A DNA stretch of 64,000 nt from Escherichia coli (GCF_003334255.1 NZ_QOWU01000014.1), one strand, 5' to 3'. Counted from the stretch's first letter, positions 39,491 through 52,173 are shown. Notes: a model not told the origin generated them from the sequence alone. Program-made: numbers and translations.

Positions 39491-40525
39491 ATGATGAACA
39501 GCACCAATAAACTTAGTGTTATTATTCCGTTATATAATGCGGGCGATGATTTCCGCACTTGTATGGAATCTTTAATTACGCAAACCTGGACTGCTCTGGA
39601 AATCATTATTATTAACGATGGTTCAACGGATAATTCTGTTGAAATAGCAAAGCATTACGCAGAAAACTATCCGCACGTTCGTTTGTTGCATCAGGCGAAT
39701 GCTGGCGCATCGGTGGCGCGTAATCGTGGGATCGAGGTGGCAACGGGCAAATATGTCGCTTTTGTCGATGCTGACGATGAAGTCTATCCCACCATGTACG
39801 AAACGCTGATGACCATGGCGTTAGAGGACGACCTCGATGTAGCGCAGTGCAACGCTGACTGGTGTTTTCGTGAAACGGGAGAAACCTGGCAATCTATCCC
39901 CAGCGATCGCCTTCGCTCAACCGGTGTATTAACCGGCCCGGACTGGCTGCGGATGGGGCTTTCTTCGCGCCGTTGGACTCACGTTGTCTGGATGGGGGTT
40001 TATCGCCGCGATGTTATTGTTAAAAATAACATTAAATTTATTGCCGGATTACATCATCAGGATATTGTCTGGACAACAGAATTCATGTTTAATGCGCTGC
40101 GTGCGCGATATACCGAGCAATCATTATATAAATATTATCTGCATAATACGTCAGTGAGTCGGTTGCATAGACAAGGGAATAAAAACCTTAATTATCAACG
40201 TCACTATATTAAGATTACCCGCCTGCTGGAGAAATTAAATCGAAATTATGCCGACAAAATTACGATTTATCCGGAATTTCATCAGCAAATAACTTACGAA
40301 GCATTGCGTGTTTGCCATGCGGTGCGCAAAGAGCCGGATATTCTTACCCGCCAACGGATGATTGCCGAGATATTTACTTCCGGTATGTATAAGCGCCTGA
40401 TTACCAATGTGCGCAGCGTGAAGGTGGGTTACCAGGCGTTACTGTGGTCTTTCCGCTTATGGCAATGGCGCGACAAAACGCGGTCGCACCATCGCATTAC
40501 GCGTAGCGCCTTTAATTTGCGCTAG
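39491..40525 (+). CDS. waaH: GT2-family glycosyltransferase WaaH (YibD)
   Basis: 344 aa with GT2 N-terminal motif LSVIIPLYNAGDDF and DAD motif. Confidence 0.85.
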   Translation: MMNSTNKLSVIIPLYNAGDDFRTCMESLITQTWTALEIIIINDGSTDNSVEIAKHYAENYPHVRLLHQANAGASVARNRGIEVATGKYVAFVDADDEVYPTMYETLMTMALEDDLDVAQCNADWCFRETGETWQSIPSDRLRSTGVLTGPDWLRMGLSSRRWTHVVWMGVYRRDVIVKNNIKFIAGLHHQDIVWTTEFMFNALRARYTEQSLYKYYLHNTSVSRLHRQGNKNLNYQRHYIKITRLLEKLNRNYADKITIYPEFHQQITYEALRVCHAVRKEPDILTRQRMIAEIFTSGMYKRLITNVRSVKVGYQALLWSFRLWQWRDKTRSHHRITRSAFNLR

Positions 40526-41471
40526 CGTTAAACTTCGCCGCTTCGGGCTGTTTGCCCCAGCCTTGCCACTGATGCTGGAAGTAAACGATCAGCGTGCTCT
40601 GGCTGATGCTTTCGCTTAATACTTCAAAGAAGCGATTAGCATAAACAGGTTCTATCGGTTTCTTCGGTTTGCACAGCTTCACGCCACGGAACGGATTACG
40701 CGGTGCATCAGGCACAGCGTTTTTCGGCGGTGTAGAAGTATCAACCTGCGGTTCATTCAGCAAGCTGCTGGCTTTCACCAGCGTAATGTCTGGCGGCAGG
40801 TTATAAACCATCTGTTGCAACACGCGTACCGTTGCAGGGTGAGGATGCCCAATGGCAATGGTCGAACCGTTGCGACGCGCCAGGTCAATTGCGCGATTAA
40901 ATTGCACACGGATGTCCGCTTCATTTTGCGAATCGTCGAGGAATACCTTCCGTTTGATCACCTTCACGCCAGTGCCTTGCGCGGCGCGCATCGCCTGGGT
41001 ATTACCGATGGTTACGCTGTCGAGGAAGTAAAGATTGTAACGCTCCAGCGCCTGCATCACTTTCTGCATACCAAACAGGTTAGAGGTCATCTTGCTGCCC
41101 ATGTGGTTGTTGATCCCCACGGCATAGGGCACGTTATTGACCGCACTACGAATAATGCGCTCAATTTCGTCGCTGCTCATCTCCGGGCGTAGCGTATTTT
41201 TCTCCAGCGGCTGTTTACTCAACGGTGCCATCGGGAGATGAATCAACACTTCGTGCCCGCTGTTATGCGCTTTGGTCGCCATCTCTCTGGCGTGCGGTGA
41301 ATCGGGTAATACAGCGACGGAGATAGCGGAAGGCATCGCCAGCACCTGGTTTTCGTTGTGCGGGCGATACCCAAAATCATCAATGACGATGGCAAGTTTG
41401 CCAGCAAGTACGGGGGAGGAGAGCGCCAACAGAGCGGCAAATGCAAGAACGTTACGACGAAATGGAAACAA
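40512..41471 (-). CDS. yibQ: divergent polysaccharide deacetylase family protein
   Basis: 319 aa with signal peptide-like N-terminus; 3' end overlaps waaH 3' end. Confidence 0.85.
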   Translation of the reverse strand: MFPFRRNVLAFAALLALSSPVLAGKLAIVIDDFGYRPHNENQVLAMPSAISVAVLPDSPHAREMATKAHNSGHEVLIHLPMAPLSKQPLEKNTLRPEMSSDEIERIIRSAVNNVPYAVGINNHMGSKMTSNLFGMQKVMQALERYNLYFLDSVTIGNTQAMRAAQGTGVKVIKRKVFLDDSQNEADIRVQFNRAIDLARRNGSTIAIGHPHPATVRVLQQMVYNLPPDITLVKASSLLNEPQVDTSTPPKNAVPDAPRNPFRGVKLCKPKKPIEPVYANRFFEVLSESISQSTLIVYFQHQWQGWGKQPEAAKFNASAN

Positions 41472-41474
41472 AAC

Positions 41475-42734
41475 TTATCTTCCCAACCACGGCTGTGGAT
41501 TGACCGCCTGACCCTGGCGGCGAATTTCGAAATAGAGTGAAGGCCGACCCTGACCGCCACTGCTGCCCACCAGTGCAATCGGCTGGCCCGCGCGAACCTG
41601 CGAACCAACGCTCACCAGTGCGCTCTGATTATAGCCGTAAAGACTCATGTCGCCTTTACCATGCTCAACCACCACCACCAGACCGTAGCCTTGCAGCCAG
41701 TCAGCCAGAATCACCCGACCGTCGGCAATCGCTTTAACTTCAGTACCTTCAGAAGCACCGATAACCATACCTTTCCAGCGTAATTCACCCTGTAGCTGTT
41801 CGCCATAGCGATGCAGCGTCGGCCCGCGAACCGGCCAGAATGCCTGACCACGCGGCGCGCCCAGACCACCGGTACGGGACATCAGCGATTTTTCGCTTTC
41901 GGTCGGTTTGTAGGTGGTGCCTTTGCGCGTCGCTTCTTTCTGGCGGTCGCGAACCGCCTGGGCCTCACGTGCTTCTCGTTCTGCACGCGCTTTCGCCGCG
42001 GCTTCCGCACGGGCAATGCTGTTACGCAGACGGGATTCGTTGGCGCGCAGCTCGCTCAACTGTTGCTGACCTTGCTGGATGGAAGACTCCAGCCCTGCCA
42101 GCGTCTTTTTACGCTCGTTCAGCGCCTGAGTCAGTTTCGCCTGTTGGGCGCGCTGCTCATATAACAGCGTTTGTTGCTCGCTCTGTTTCTCTTCCAGTTC
42201 AGCACGCTGCATGGCGACTTCTTCACGCGTTTGCTTCAACTGGGCAATGGTTTCTTGTCGCGCCTGGTTGAGATAGCCGAAATAAGCCTGTAAACGCTGT
42301 CCACGCTGGCTTTCTTCACCGCTGAGAATCAGCTGAATACCGGTATGCTCGCCCTGACGGAATGCGGCATCCAGTTGTGCGGCGAGGCTGCGCTCCTGGG
42401 CGGCTTTTTGCTGCTCCAGTTTGGCAATCGACGCGTTCATCTCATCAATCTGTTTATTGAGTTGATTGAGCGTGTTTTGCGTTTCGCGCAGCTTACGGGT
42501 GGCTTCAGAGATCGCTTCTTCCTGCTTTTTCAATTGTGCGAGCAGGCTTGCGCGTTGTTGTTGCTTTTGGCGTACCGCGCGCTCTTTTGCGGCGATGTCA
42601 GCCTGAATAGATTTGAGTTGGTCACGCTCATCCGCGTGGGCGGAAAAGGCGCACAACAATACGCCAGCGCTAAGAACGCTGGCGTAGATGATGGGCCTGA
42701 TTGCAAACCTGCGCGGTTTCACGGCCCGTGTCAT
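41475..42734 (-). CDS. envC: murein hydrolase activator EnvC
   Basis: 419 aa from internal ATG (MTRAVKPRRF); long coiled-coil then C-terminal LytM-like domain. Confidence 0.9.
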   Translation of the reverse strand: MTRAVKPRRFAIRPIIYASVLSAGVLLCAFSAHADERDQLKSIQADIAAKERAVRQKQQQRASLLAQLKKQEEAISEATRKLRETQNTLNQLNKQIDEMNASIAKLEQQKAAQERSLAAQLDAAFRQGEHTGIQLILSGEESQRGQRLQAYFGYLNQARQETIAQLKQTREEVAMQRAELEEKQSEQQTLLYEQRAQQAKLTQALNERKKTLAGLESSIQQGQQQLSELRANESRLRNSIARAEAAAKARAEREAREAQAVRDRQKEATRKGTTYKPTESEKSLMSRTGGLGAPRGQAFWPVRGPTLHRYGEQLQGELRWKGMVIGASEGTEVKAIADGRVILADWLQGYGLVVVVEHGKGDMSLYGYNQSALVSVGSQVRAGQPIALVGSSGGQGRPSLYFEIRRQGQAVNPQPWLGR

Positions 42735-42767
42735 GGTATTAATCGCCTTTCCCCTCATGGGGAGGGA

Positions 42768-44312
42768 TTATTCCACGATGAACAGCGGCTTACCAGTCAT
42801 CTCTTGCGGGATTTCCATACCCATCAGCGACAACATGGTCGGCGCGATGTCAGAAAGTTTGCCGCCTTCAACCGCTTTCACGTTCTTATCACCAACGTAA
42901 ATCAGCGGAACTGGCAGGTTGGTGTGTGCCGTGTGTGCCTGACCCGTTGCCGGATCGCGCATCTGCTCAGCGTTACCGTGGTCAGCGGTGATCAGCAGTT
43001 GTCCACCCACGGACTCAACCGCTTTCGCGACTTCTTCCACGCAGTGATCCAGCGCTTCAACCGCTTTAACCGCCGCTTCCATCACCCCGGTGTGACCTAC
43101 CATGTCGCCGTTCGGATAGTTACAGATGATGGTGTCGTATTTGCCGCTCTTGATGGCCGCAACCAGTTTTTCGGTCAGCTCTGCGGAGCTCATTTCCGGT
43201 TGCAGATCGTAGGTAGCCACTTTCGGTGAGTTGATCAGAATGCGATCTTCGCCTTTGAACGACTCTTCTACGCCACCGTTGAAGAAGAAAGTAACGTGGG
43301 CATATTTTTCGGTTTCGGAAATACGCAACTGAGTTTTGTCGTTTTTCGCCATCCACTCGCCGAAGGTGTTAACCAGGGAAGCGGGTGGGTAAGCAACCGC
43401 AGTTTTGATGTCAGCGGCGTATTCGGTCAGCATCACGAAATCGACGTTAACCACTTTCTTACGCGCGAAGCCATCGAAATCAGCGTTCACGAAAGCACGA
43501 GTGATTTCACGCGCGCGGTCAGCACGGAAGTTCATGAAAATCAGTGCATCGCCGTCTTCCATTGCCGCGTCTGGCTGACCTTCAGCACGGATAACGGTCG
43601 CTTTCACGAATTCATCATTTTCGTCGCGAGCATAAGCAGCCTGCAAACCAGCAACGGCGGTATCGGCCTGGAACTCGCCCTGCGCCAGAGTCAGCAGGTC
43701 ATAAGCTTTTTCTACGCGATCCCAACGGTTATCGCGGTCCATCGCGTAGTAACGACCAATGATGGACGCTACGCGGCCTTTGCCCAGCGCGGCAAATTTT
43801 TCTTCGAATTTTTTCAGCGAGGATTCAGCACTGCGCGGCGGAGTGTCGCGACCGTCAAGGAATGCGTGCAGGTAGATTTTTTCTGCGCCACGTTCAGCTG
43901 CCAGTTCTACCATCGCCATGATGTGATCTTCGTGGCTGTGTACGCCGCCTGCGGAGAGCAGACCCATAATGTGTACCGCTTTGCCTGCGTTTTTCGCTTT
44001 ATTTACCGCGCCAGTCAGCACCGGATTAGCAAAGAAAGCGCGATCTTTGATTTCAACGTCCAGACGAGTCAGGTCCTGATACACGATGCGGCCGGCACCC
44101 AGGTTAACGTGGCCTACTTCGGAGTTACCCATCTGACGGTCAGGCAGACCGACTTCCAGACCGGAAGCGTCGATTAGGGTATGCGGACGATTGGCCCACA
44201 GTGCATCCATTACCGGGGTTTTAGCACTAAAAATGGCGTTATCCTGCTGTTCTTCGCGATAGCCATAGCCATCCAGAATCACCAGTACCATAGGTTTTTT
44301 AGAAACCGACAT
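42768..44312 (-). CDS. gpmI: 2,3-bisphosphoglycerate-independent phosphoglycerate mutase
   Basis: 514 aa from internal ATG ([20 protein letters not shown]). Confidence 0.92.
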   Translation of the reverse strand: MSVSKKPMVLVILDGYGYREEQQDNAIFSAKTPVMDALWANRPHTLIDASGLEVGLPDRQMGNSEVGHVNLGAGRIVYQDLTRLDVEIKDRAFFANPVLTGAVNKAKNAGKAVHIMGLLSAGGVHSHEDHIMAMVELAAERGAEKIYLHAFLDGRDTPPRSAESSLKKFEEKFAALGKGRVASIIGRYYAMDRDNRWDRVEKAYDLLTLAQGEFQADTAVAGLQAAYARDENDEFVKATVIRAEGQPDAAMEDGDALIFMNFRADRAREITRAFVNADFDGFARKKVVNVDFVMLTEYAADIKTAVAYPPASLVNTFGEWMAKNDKTQLRISETEKYAHVTFFFNGGVEESFKGEDRILINSPKVATYDLQPEMSSAELTEKLVAAIKSGKYDTIICNYPNGDMVGHTGVMEAAVKAVEALDHCVEEVAKAVESVGGQLLITADHGNAEQMRDPATGQAHTAHTNLPVPLIYVGDKNVKAVEGGKLSDIAPTMLSLMGMEIPQEMTGKPLFIVE

Positions 44313-44556
44313 TGCGACAACCTCATACTCAAGAGTCAAAATTTGCGTAATTTTACTACAGCTGAATCGATAAAATAGCCTCTGAAGATCAAAATATACG
44401 ACCGCTCGCGGCAAGCCGATGCCAGATTTACGCTTTTTTTTCGTCGCGCCCCGCAAAATTGCATTCCAGTTAACGCGCTGGCTGTATTTGCCGCACCGCG
44501 CAGGTATACTCCTTTCCTGGTTTTTTTAATCACTACGTCGGGAGTTGTTACCCCCC

Positions 44557-44988
44557 ATGCAAGAAATTATGCAATTTGTTGGCCGTCATCCCATACTGAG
44601 TATCGCCTGGATCGCGTTACTGGTGGCGGTTCTTGTGACTACGTTTAAGAGCCTGACCTCGAAAGTGAAGGTGATTACTCGTGGTGAAGCTACGCGTCTG
44701 ATCAACAAAGAAGACGCTGTGGTTGTGGATTTACGTCAGCGTGATGACTTCCGTAAAGGCCATATCGCAGGTTCTATTAATCTGTTGCCGAGCGAAATCA
44801 AAGCCAACAATGTTGGTGAGCTTGAGAAGCACAAAGACAAACCGGTTATCGTGGTAGACGGTTCTGGCATGCAGTGCCAGGAGCCTGCAAACGCACTGAC
44901 GAAAGCTGGTTTTGCGCAAGTATTCGTGCTGAAAGAAGGCGTCGCTGGCTGGGCTGGCGAAAACTTGCCTTTGGTGCGCGGCAAATAA
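44557..44988 (+). CDS. yibN: rhodanese-domain inner membrane protein
   Basis: 143 aa from internal ATG ([24 protein letters not shown]). Confidence 0.85.
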
Positions 44989-45129
44989 TTTACCTGTCGT
45001 CTTTCATGATGCAGGCCGTTAGCTGCAATTAGGCCCCCAGCGACTTATTGTTATAAGCTTCTGGGGACACTCCATTTTGCTGCCGCCCTGCAACATGAAA
45101 TTTCAGGGTAAAAAAACAGGAGCTAATTT

Positions 45130-45381
45130 ATGGCCAATGTTGAAATCTATACCAAAGAAACCTGCCCGTATTGCCATCGTGCAAAAGCACTGCTGAGCAG
45201 CAAGGGCGTGAGTTTCCAGGAGCTGCCGATCGATGGCAACGCCGCCAAGCGTGAAGAGATGATCAAACGCAGCGGTCGCACCACGGTTCCCCAGATTTTT
45301 ATTGACGCACAGCACATTGGCGGCTGTGATGACTTGTATGCATTGGATGCACGTGGTGGACTGGATCCCCTGCTGAAATAA
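45130..45381 (+). CDS. grxC: glutaredoxin 3
   Basis: 83 aa with CPYC active site. Confidence 0.95.
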
Positions 45382-45443
45382 CGTGTGAACGTTGGCATTA
45401 CATTGCGCAGTATTTAAGGACAACACTTAAGGGTTTTCTACAC

Positions 45444-45911
45444 ATGTCAGAACAAAACAACACTGAAATGACTTTCCAGATCCAACGTATTTATACCAAG
45501 GATATCTCTTTCGAAGCGCCGAACGCGCCGCACGTTTTCCAGAAAGATTGGCAACCAGAAGTTAAACTTGATCTGGATACGGCATCTTCCCAACTGGCAG
45601 ATGACGTATACGAAGTGGTACTGCGTGTTACCGTAACGGCCTCTTTGGGCGAAGAAACCGCGTTCCTGTGTGAAGTTCAGCAGGGCGGTATTTTCTCCAT
45701 CGCGGGTATCGAAGGCACCCAGATGGCGCATTGCCTGGGAGCATACTGCCCGAACATTCTGTTCCCGTATGCTCGTGAGTGCATCACCAGCATGGTATCC
45801 CGCGGTACATTCCCGCAACTGAACCTTGCGCCGGTTAACTTCGATGCGCTGTTCATGAACTATTTGCAGCAGCAGGCTGGCGAAGGTACTGAAGAACATC
45901 AGGATGCCTGA
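45444..45911 (+). CDS. secB: protein-export chaperone SecB
   Basis: 155 aa [29 protein letters not shown]. Confidence 0.95.
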
Positions 45912-46930
45912 TGAACCAACGTAATGCTTCAATGACTGTGATCGGTGCCGGCTCGTACGGCACCGCTCTTGCCATCACCCTGGCAAGAAATGGCCACGAG
46001 GTTGTCCTCTGGGGCCATGACCCTGAACATATCGCAACGCTTGAACGCGACCGCTGTAACGCCGCGTTTCTCCCCGATGTGCCTTTTCCCGATACGCTCC
46101 ATCTTGAAAGCGATCTCGCCACTGCGCTGGCAGCCAGCCGTAATATTCTCGTCGTCGTACCCAGCCATGTCTTTGGTGAAGTGCTGCGCCAGATTAAACC
46201 ACTGATGCGTCCTGATGCGCGTCTGGTGTGGGCGACCAAAGGGCTGGAAGCGGAAACCGGACGTCTGTTACAGGACGTGGCGCGTGAGGCCTTAGGCGAT
46301 CAAATTCCGCTGGCGGTTATCTCTGGCCCAACGTTTGCGAAAGAACTGGCGGCAGGTTTACCGACAGCTATTTCGCTGGCCTCGACCGATCAGACCTTTG
46401 CCGATGATCTCCAGCAGCTGCTGCACTGCGGCAAAAGTTTCCGCGTTTACAGCAATCCGGATTTCATTGGCGTGCAGCTTGGCGGCGCGGTGAAAAACGT
46501 TATTGCCATTGGTGCGGGGATGTCCGACGGTATCGGTTTTGGTGCGAATGCGCGTACGGCGCTGATCACCCGTGGGCTGGCTGAAATGTCGCGTCTTGGT
46601 GCGGTGCTGGGTGCCGACCCTGCCACCTTTATGGGCATGGCGGGGCTTGGCGATCTGGTGCTTACCTGTACCGACAACCAGTCGCGTAACCGCCGTTTTG
46701 GCATGATGCTCGGTCAGGGCATGGATGTACAAAGCGCGCAGGAGAAGATTGGTCAGGTGGTGGAAGGCTACCGCAATACGAAAGAAGTCCGCGAACTGGC
46801 GCATCGCTTCGGCGTTGAAATGCCAATAACCGAGGAAATTTATCAAGTATTATATTGCGGAAAAAAAGCGCGCGAGGCAGCATTGACTTTACTAGGTCGT
46901 GCACGCAAGGACGAGCGCAGCAGCCACTAA
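45911..46930 (+). CDS. gpsA: NAD(P)H-dependent glycerol-3-phosphate dehydrogenase
   Basis: 339 aa with [10 protein letters not shown] Rossmann motif; start overlaps secB stop. Confidence 0.93.
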   Translation: MNQRNASMTVIGAGSYGTALAITLARNGHEVVLWGHDPEHIATLERDRCNAAFLPDVPFPDTLHLESDLATALAASRNILVVVPSHVFGEVLRQIKPLMRPDARLVWATKGLEAETGRLLQDVAREALGDQIPLAVISGPTFAKELAAGLPTAISLASTDQTFADDLQQLLHCGKSFRVYSNPDFIGVQLGGAVKNVIAIGAGMSDGIGFGANARTALITRGLAEMSRLGAVLGADPATFMGMAGLGDLVLTCTDNQSRNRRFGMMLGQGMDVQSAQEKIGQVVEGYRNTKEVRELAHRFGVEMPITEEIYQVLYCGKKAREAALTLLGRARKDERSSH

Positions 46931-47009
46931 CCCCAGGGAACCTTTGTTACCGCTATGACCCGGCCCGCGCAGAACGGGCCGGTCATTATCTCATCGTGTG
47001 GAGTAAGCA

Positions 47010-47831
47010 ATGTCGTGTGAAGAACTGGAAATTGTCTGGAACAATATTAAAGCCGAAGCCAGAACGCTGGCGGACTGTGAGCCAATGCTGGCCAGTTTTT
47101 ACCACGCGACGCTACTCAAGCACGAAAACCTTGGCAGTGCACTGAGCTACATGCTGGCGAACAAGCTGTCATCGCCAATTATGCCTGCTATTGCTATCCG
47201 TGAAGTGGTGGAAGAAGCCTACGCCGCTGACCCGGAAATGATCGCCTCTGCGGCCTGTGATATTCAGGCGGTGCGTACCCGCGACCCGGCAGTCGATAAA
47301 TACTCAACCCCGTTGTTATACCTGAAGGGTTTTCATGCCTTGCAGGCCTATCGCATCGGTCACTGGTTGTGGAATCAGGGGCGTCGCGCACTGGCAATCT
47401 TTCTGCAAAACCAGGTTTCTGTGACGTTCCAGGTCGATATTCACCCGGCAGCAAAAATTGGTCGCGGTATCATGCTTGACCACGCGACAGGCATCGTCGT
47501 TGGTGAAACGGCGGTGATTGAAAACGACGTATCGATTCTGCAATCTGTGACGCTTGGCGGTACGGGTAAATCTGGTGGTGACCGTCACCCGAAAATTCGT
47601 GAAGGTGTGATGATTGGCGCGGGCGCGAAAATCCTCGGCAATATTGAAGTTGGGCGCGGCGCGAAGATTGGCGCAGGTTCCGTGGTGCTGCAACCGGTGC
47701 CGCCGCATACCACCGCCGCTGGCGTTCCGGCTCGTATTGTCGGTAAACCAGACAGCGATAAGCCATCAATGGATATGGACCAGCATTTCAACGGTATTAA
47801 CCATACATTTGAGTATGGGGATGGGATCTAA
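47010..47831 (+). CDS. cysE: serine O-acetyltransferase
   Basis: 273 aa with hexapeptide repeats. Confidence 0.93.
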   Translation: MSCEELEIVWNNIKAEARTLADCEPMLASFYHATLLKHENLGSALSYMLANKLSSPIMPAIAIREVVEEAYAADPEMIASAACDIQAVRTRDPAVDKYSTPLLYLKGFHALQAYRIGHWLWNQGRRALAIFLQNQVSVTFQVDIHPAAKIGRGIMLDHATGIVVGETAVIENDVSILQSVTLGGTGKSGGDRHPKIREGVMIGAGAKILGNIEVGRGAKIGAGSVVLQPVPPHTTAAGVPARIVGKPDSDKPSMDMDQHFNGINHTFEYGDGI

Positions 47832-47845
47832 TGTCCTGTGATCGT

Positions 47846-47879
47846 GCCGGATGCGATGTAATCATCTATCCGGCCTACA
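47846..47879. repeat. REP (palindromic unit) element
   Basis: GCCGGATGCG...CATCTATCCGGCCTACA resembles the REP consensus; between cysE and trmL; coordinates +/-2 bp. Confidence 0.7.
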
Positions 47880-47883
47880 GTAA

Positions 47884-48357
47884 CTAATCTCTCAATACCG
47901 CTCCCGGATACCCCAACTGCCGCCAGGCTTCATACACCACTACCGACACCGCATTGGACAGATTCATGCTGCGGCTGTCCGGCACCATCGGAATGCGAAT
48001 TTTTTGTTCAGCGGGCAGGGCATCAAGAATGCTCGCTGGCAGGCCGCGTGTTTCCGGGCCGAACATCAGATAATCGCCATCCTGATAGCTTACGGCGCTG
48101 TGAGCAGGTGTACCTTTCGTGGTGAGGGCGAACAGGCGCTGGGGATTTTCTGCTTCGAGGAACGCGCGATAGTCATGATGACGCGTAACGGCGGTAAACT
48201 CGTGATAGTCCAGCCCCGCGCGGCGCAGGCGCTTATCGTCCCAGGCAAATCCCATCGGTTCGATGATATGCAGACGAAAGCCGGTATTAGCGCAAAGACG
48301 GATGATGTTGCCAGTATTTGGCGGAATTTCTGGTTCGTAAAGTACGATGTTTAGCAT
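47884..48357 (-). CDS. trmL: tRNA (cytidine/uridine-2'-O)-methyltransferase
   Basis: 157-aa SpoU-family ORF. Confidence 0.9.
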   Translation of the reverse strand: MLNIVLYEPEIPPNTGNIIRLCANTGFRLHIIEPMGFAWDDKRLRRAGLDYHEFTAVTRHHDYRAFLEAENPQRLFALTTKGTPAHSAVSYQDGDYLMFGPETRGLPASILDALPAEQKIRIPMVPDSRSMNLSNAVSVVVYEAWRQLGYPGAVLRD

Positions 48358-48415
48358 ACTGCCCCCTTAGTGCGGGGGCAGGATAGCAGAAAATTGGTGA
48401 GCAGTGCGGCCTTTT

Positions 48416-48546
48416 CCCCTCACCCCGGCCCTCTCCCCGGAGGGGCGAGGGAGAAAAAAAGAGTGCGGTGTCGTTTCAGAGTGAGGGAGTACATACAGCG
48501 CCGAACGGTCCCCTCTCCCTGAGGGAGAGGGTTAGGGTGAGGGGGC
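48416..48546. repeat. pair of GGTGAGGG / CCCTCTCC-type palindromic intergenic repeats
   Basis: CCCCTCACCCCGGCCCTCTCCCCGGAGGGGCGAGGG and CCCTCTCCCTGAGGGAGAGGGTTAGGGTGAGGGGG; same motif family recurs in the mtlA-mtlD spacer; named family not assigned. Confidence 0.65.
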
Positions 48547-48554
48547 GCAAACGA

Positions 48555-49745
48555 CTATGCCGCATTCCCTTTCGCCATGGGATCCAGTGCCGCAGGCAAC
48601 TCTTTACCCAGCCCCTGCACCAGCGAATCTTGCGTAATTTCGCTGATCGATTTCGCGCCAGTCAGCGTCATCGCCACTTTCATCTCTTTTTCGATCAGAT
48701 TTAGCAGGTTAGCTACACCCGCCTGGCCCGCTGTTGCCAGCGCATACAAGAAAGCACGACCCAGCAGTACGGTGTCGGCACCGAGCGCAATCATACGCAC
48801 GACATCAAGCCCGTTACGAATTCCGCTATCCGCCAGAATGGCGATATCACCTTTCACCGCATCTGCAATAGCGGGCAACGCACGAGCGGAAGAGAGTACA
48901 CCGTCCAGCTGGCGGCCACCGTGGTTAGAAACCACAATTCCATCAGCACCAAAACGTACGGCATCGCGCGCATCTTCCGGATCGAGGATCCCTTTGATCA
49001 CCATCGGGCCATCCCAGAAATCGCGGATCCACTCAAGGTCTTTCCATGAGATAGACGGATCGAAGTTATTCCCCAGCCAGCCGATGTAATCTTCCAGTCC
49101 GGTCGGTTTGCCGAGATAAGCTGAGATATTACCTAAATCATGCGGACGACCGTTCAGACCCACATCCCACGCCCATTGCGGATGCGTCACCGCCTGCAAG
49201 TAACGGCGCATTGCCGCATTCGGGCCGCTCATACCTGAATGCGCATCACGGTAGCGTGCGCCCGGTGTCGGCATATCCACGGTGAAAACCAGCGTCGAAC
49301 AACCCGCTGCTTTTGCTCGCTCCAGCGCGTTACGCATAAAGCCGCGATCGCGCAGTACATAAAGCTGGAACCACATTGGGCGCTTGATGGCTGGCGCGAC
49401 TTCTTCAATCGGGCAAACGGAAACCGTCGAGAGAGTAAACGGAATGCCATGCGCGTCCGCCGCTTTGGCTGCCTGAACTTCGCCACGACGCGCATACATG
49501 CCACACAAACCCACCGGTGCCAGTGCTACCGGCATCGACAATTTCTCATTAAACAGCGTCGTTTCCAGGCTTAAGTCGGACATGTTTTTCAGAATACGCT
49601 GGCGCAGTGCCACTTCTGACAAATCTTCCACGTTGCGGCGCAGCGTGTATTCAGAATATGCACCACCATCCATATAGTGGAACAGGAACGGCGGCAGAAT
49701 GCGTTGCGCTGCGGCGCGATAATCGCTGGCTGCGGAAATAATCAT
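48555..49745 (-). CDS. lldD: L-lactate dehydrogenase (FMN-dependent)
   Basis: 396 aa [24 protein letters not shown]. Confidence 0.93.
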   Translation of the reverse strand: MIISAASDYRAAAQRILPPFLFHYMDGGAYSEYTLRRNVEDLSEVALRQRILKNMSDLSLETTLFNEKLSMPVALAPVGLCGMYARRGEVQAAKAADAHGIPFTLSTVSVCPIEEVAPAIKRPMWFQLYVLRDRGFMRNALERAKAAGCSTLVFTVDMPTPGARYRDAHSGMSGPNAAMRRYLQAVTHPQWAWDVGLNGRPHDLGNISAYLGKPTGLEDYIGWLGNNFDPSISWKDLEWIRDFWDGPMVIKGILDPEDARDAVRFGADGIVVSNHGGRQLDGVLSSARALPAIADAVKGDIAILADSGIRNGLDVVRMIALGADTVLLGRAFLYALATAGQAGVANLLNLIEKEMKVAMTLTGAKSISEITQDSLVQGLGKELPAALDPMAKGNAA

Positions 49746-50518
49746 GCGTTTTTCTCCCTCGAATGCTCATTATGCTCACCGGGCAGGCGGGTAATCCGTG
49801 CGTGGCGAGCCTGATCTTCATCGAATCGTTTCATGGTGGTGTGAACAAAACTAAGGTGCGCCATCATTGCTTTACGCGCCCCGTCGGCATCACCAGCAAA
49901 AATGGCGTCAATGACAGCCTGATGTTGTTCGGTCAGTTGTGAAAAAACCGGTGGCACCAGATACATCCGCTGACGGCTATGCTTCACTGAGGATTGCAGG
50001 ACATCGAAGAAACCGCGCATGGTTTGCAGCAGCACGATGTTATGTGAGGCTTCGGCAATCGCCAGATGAAAACGAACGTCCGCTTGTGAGGCGATATCCG
50101 GGTCTTCACTTAGCGTTGCTTCAAAGCAAAGCTGAATCTTTTCTTTGTCGCCAGGTGTGGCGCGCATTGCCGCATGCCATGCGGTGCTGGCTTCAATGGC
50201 GTAGCGGGCTTCCAGAATATCGAAACTGTAATCCGGATCATCGGCCATCAGCGTTTTTAGCGGCTGGACGATGTTTTGCTCCGACCATGTGTCATGACGC
50301 CAGCGAATAAACGTCCCGCCGCCGCGTCGACTGAGCAGCACGCCTTCGCTCACCAGTTTTGCCAGTGCCTCGCGCAGTGAATTACGCGATACGCCGAGTT
50401 GCATCGCCAGTTGACGTTCAGCGGGCAACTTCATGCCCGCCTCCAGGTTTTTTTCATCAATCAGCGCCCGCACACGATCGGCAACCTCGTCTGACAGGCG
50501 TCTGGGTAAAACAATCAT
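49742..50518 (-). CDS. lldR: GntR-family regulator LldR
   Basis: 258 aa from internal ATG ([16 protein letters not shown]). Confidence 0.9.
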   Translation of the reverse strand: MIVLPRRLSDEVADRVRALIDEKNLEAGMKLPAERQLAMQLGVSRNSLREALAKLVSEGVLLSRRGGGTFIRWRHDTWSEQNIVQPLKTLMADDPDYSFDILEARYAIEASTAWHAAMRATPGDKEKIQLCFEATLSEDPDIASQADVRFHLAIAEASHNIVLLQTMRGFFDVLQSSVKHSRQRMYLVPPVFSQLTEQHQAVIDAIFAGDADGARKAMMAHLSFVHTTMKRFDEDQARHARITRLPGEHNEHSREKNA

Positions 50519-52173
50519 TAAGGAATCATCCACGTTAAGACATAAGCCTGAAGCGTGGTGATCACGCCCACCATACAGGTGAAGATCAGGCTGTGTTTGA
50601 CAGTAAAGCGGAACAAATCAGACTCTTTGCCCACCAGGCCTACCGCCGCACAGGCGATAGCGATAGATTGCGGGGAGATCATCTTACCGGTGACGCCACC
50701 GGTGGTATTGGCGGCAACCAGCAACAGATCAGAGACGCCAATTTGTTGTGCTGCGGTGGCTTGCAGCGCGGCGAACAGGGCGTTAGATGAGGTATCCGAC
50801 CCGGTCAGGAATACCCCCAGCCAGCCGAGGAACGGCGAGAAGAAGGTGAATGCATGACCGGTGTGCGCCAGTGCCAGCGCCAGGGTTGATGACAGTCCGG
50901 AATAGTTCGAAATAAAGGCGAATGCCAGCACCATACCGATGGAGTAGATGGGCAGAGCCAGTTCTTTCAGCGTGCTGCCGAAGGTGCTGATAGCGTCAGA
51001 CGGTTTCATCTTCAGCCAGACAATCGAGAGCAGTGCAGCAAACAGAATGGCGGTGCCGGTGGCAGAGAACCAGTCAAACTTAAACACGGCGGCATAGGCT
51101 GTAGCCTCGCTGACCACTGGCGGCATACGGGCAACCAGTTTATCGAGGTACGGCACCGGAATGTTGATCACCCACTCATACAGCGCGCCACCCGATGCGA
51201 ACAGGGCTTTAAACGGCGGGATACTCCACAGTGTTACGGTAGCTGTCAGGAACAGGAATGGTGTCCAGGCACGTAACACCTGACCCGCAGTGTAACCGGT
51301 GTGGGCCAGCGTCATATCAACCTGTGACGCCCCCAAATCACCAAAACGGAATACGCGCACTGGCTGCCAGCGTTTGAGGAACAGCGTCAGGCAGAGCAGT
51401 GATACCAGCGAAGAGATAATGTCCGGCAGCTCCGGCCCAATGAAGTTAGAGCTAAGGTACTGAGCGATGGCAAACGAGCCGCCCGCAACCACGACCGCAG
51501 GCCAGGTTTCTTTGATACCGCGCCAGCCGTCCATAATCGCCATGATCCAGAACAGCACGATGATGGTCATAAACGGTAGCTGACGCCCCACCATCTGGCC
51601 AATCTCAAAGCTGTCGATGCCTGTTACCTGTCCGGCAACCAGGATTGGAATGCCCATCGCACCAAATGCCACTGGCGCGGTGTTAACAATCAGGCACAGC
51701 CCGGCGGCGTACAGCGGTTTAAAGCCCAGACCGACCAGCAATGCGGCGGTAATTGCTACCGGTGCGCCAAAGCCTGCAGCTCCTTCGAGGAACGCGCCGA
51801 AACAGAAACCGACGATCAGCATTTGCAGGCGCTGGTCTGGGGTTATCGAAAGAATAGACGAGCGAATGATGTCAAACTGCCCGGTTTTCACCGAGATCTT
51901 ATAGACGAACACTGCTGCAATAATGATCCACGCGATGGGCCACAAACCATAGAAGAAGCCATAAACCACCGAGGCCAGCGCGTTAGCGACCGGCATTTTA
52001 TAGAACAGCAAAGCCACGGCAAGGGCGATTGCCACCGTCCATGAGGCGGCGACGTATCCTTTCAGTTTGAGCTTAATCAGCGCAAAGAAGAAAAACAGGA
52101 TGGGAAGCGATGCTATCAGACTGGAAAGCCAGATATTCCCGGCGGGATCGTAGTTTTGTTGCCAGAGATTCAT
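50518..52173 (-). CDS. lldP: L-lactate permease
   Basis: 551 aa from internal ATG ([18 protein letters not shown]). Confidence 0.92.

Noticed and set aside
42345-44177. Two roughly 290-aa plus-strand ORFs (42345-43229 and 43296-44177)
   Set aside because: Antisense to envC and gpmI; low-complexity Arg/His/Phe-rich translations with no recognisable domains.
48361-48550. Possible CRISPR array, given the repeated GGTGAGGG/CCCTCTCC units
   Set aside because: Units are palindromic, inverted relative to each other and irregularly spaced with no spacer periodicity and no cas genes nearby; they fit REP-type intergenic repeats.
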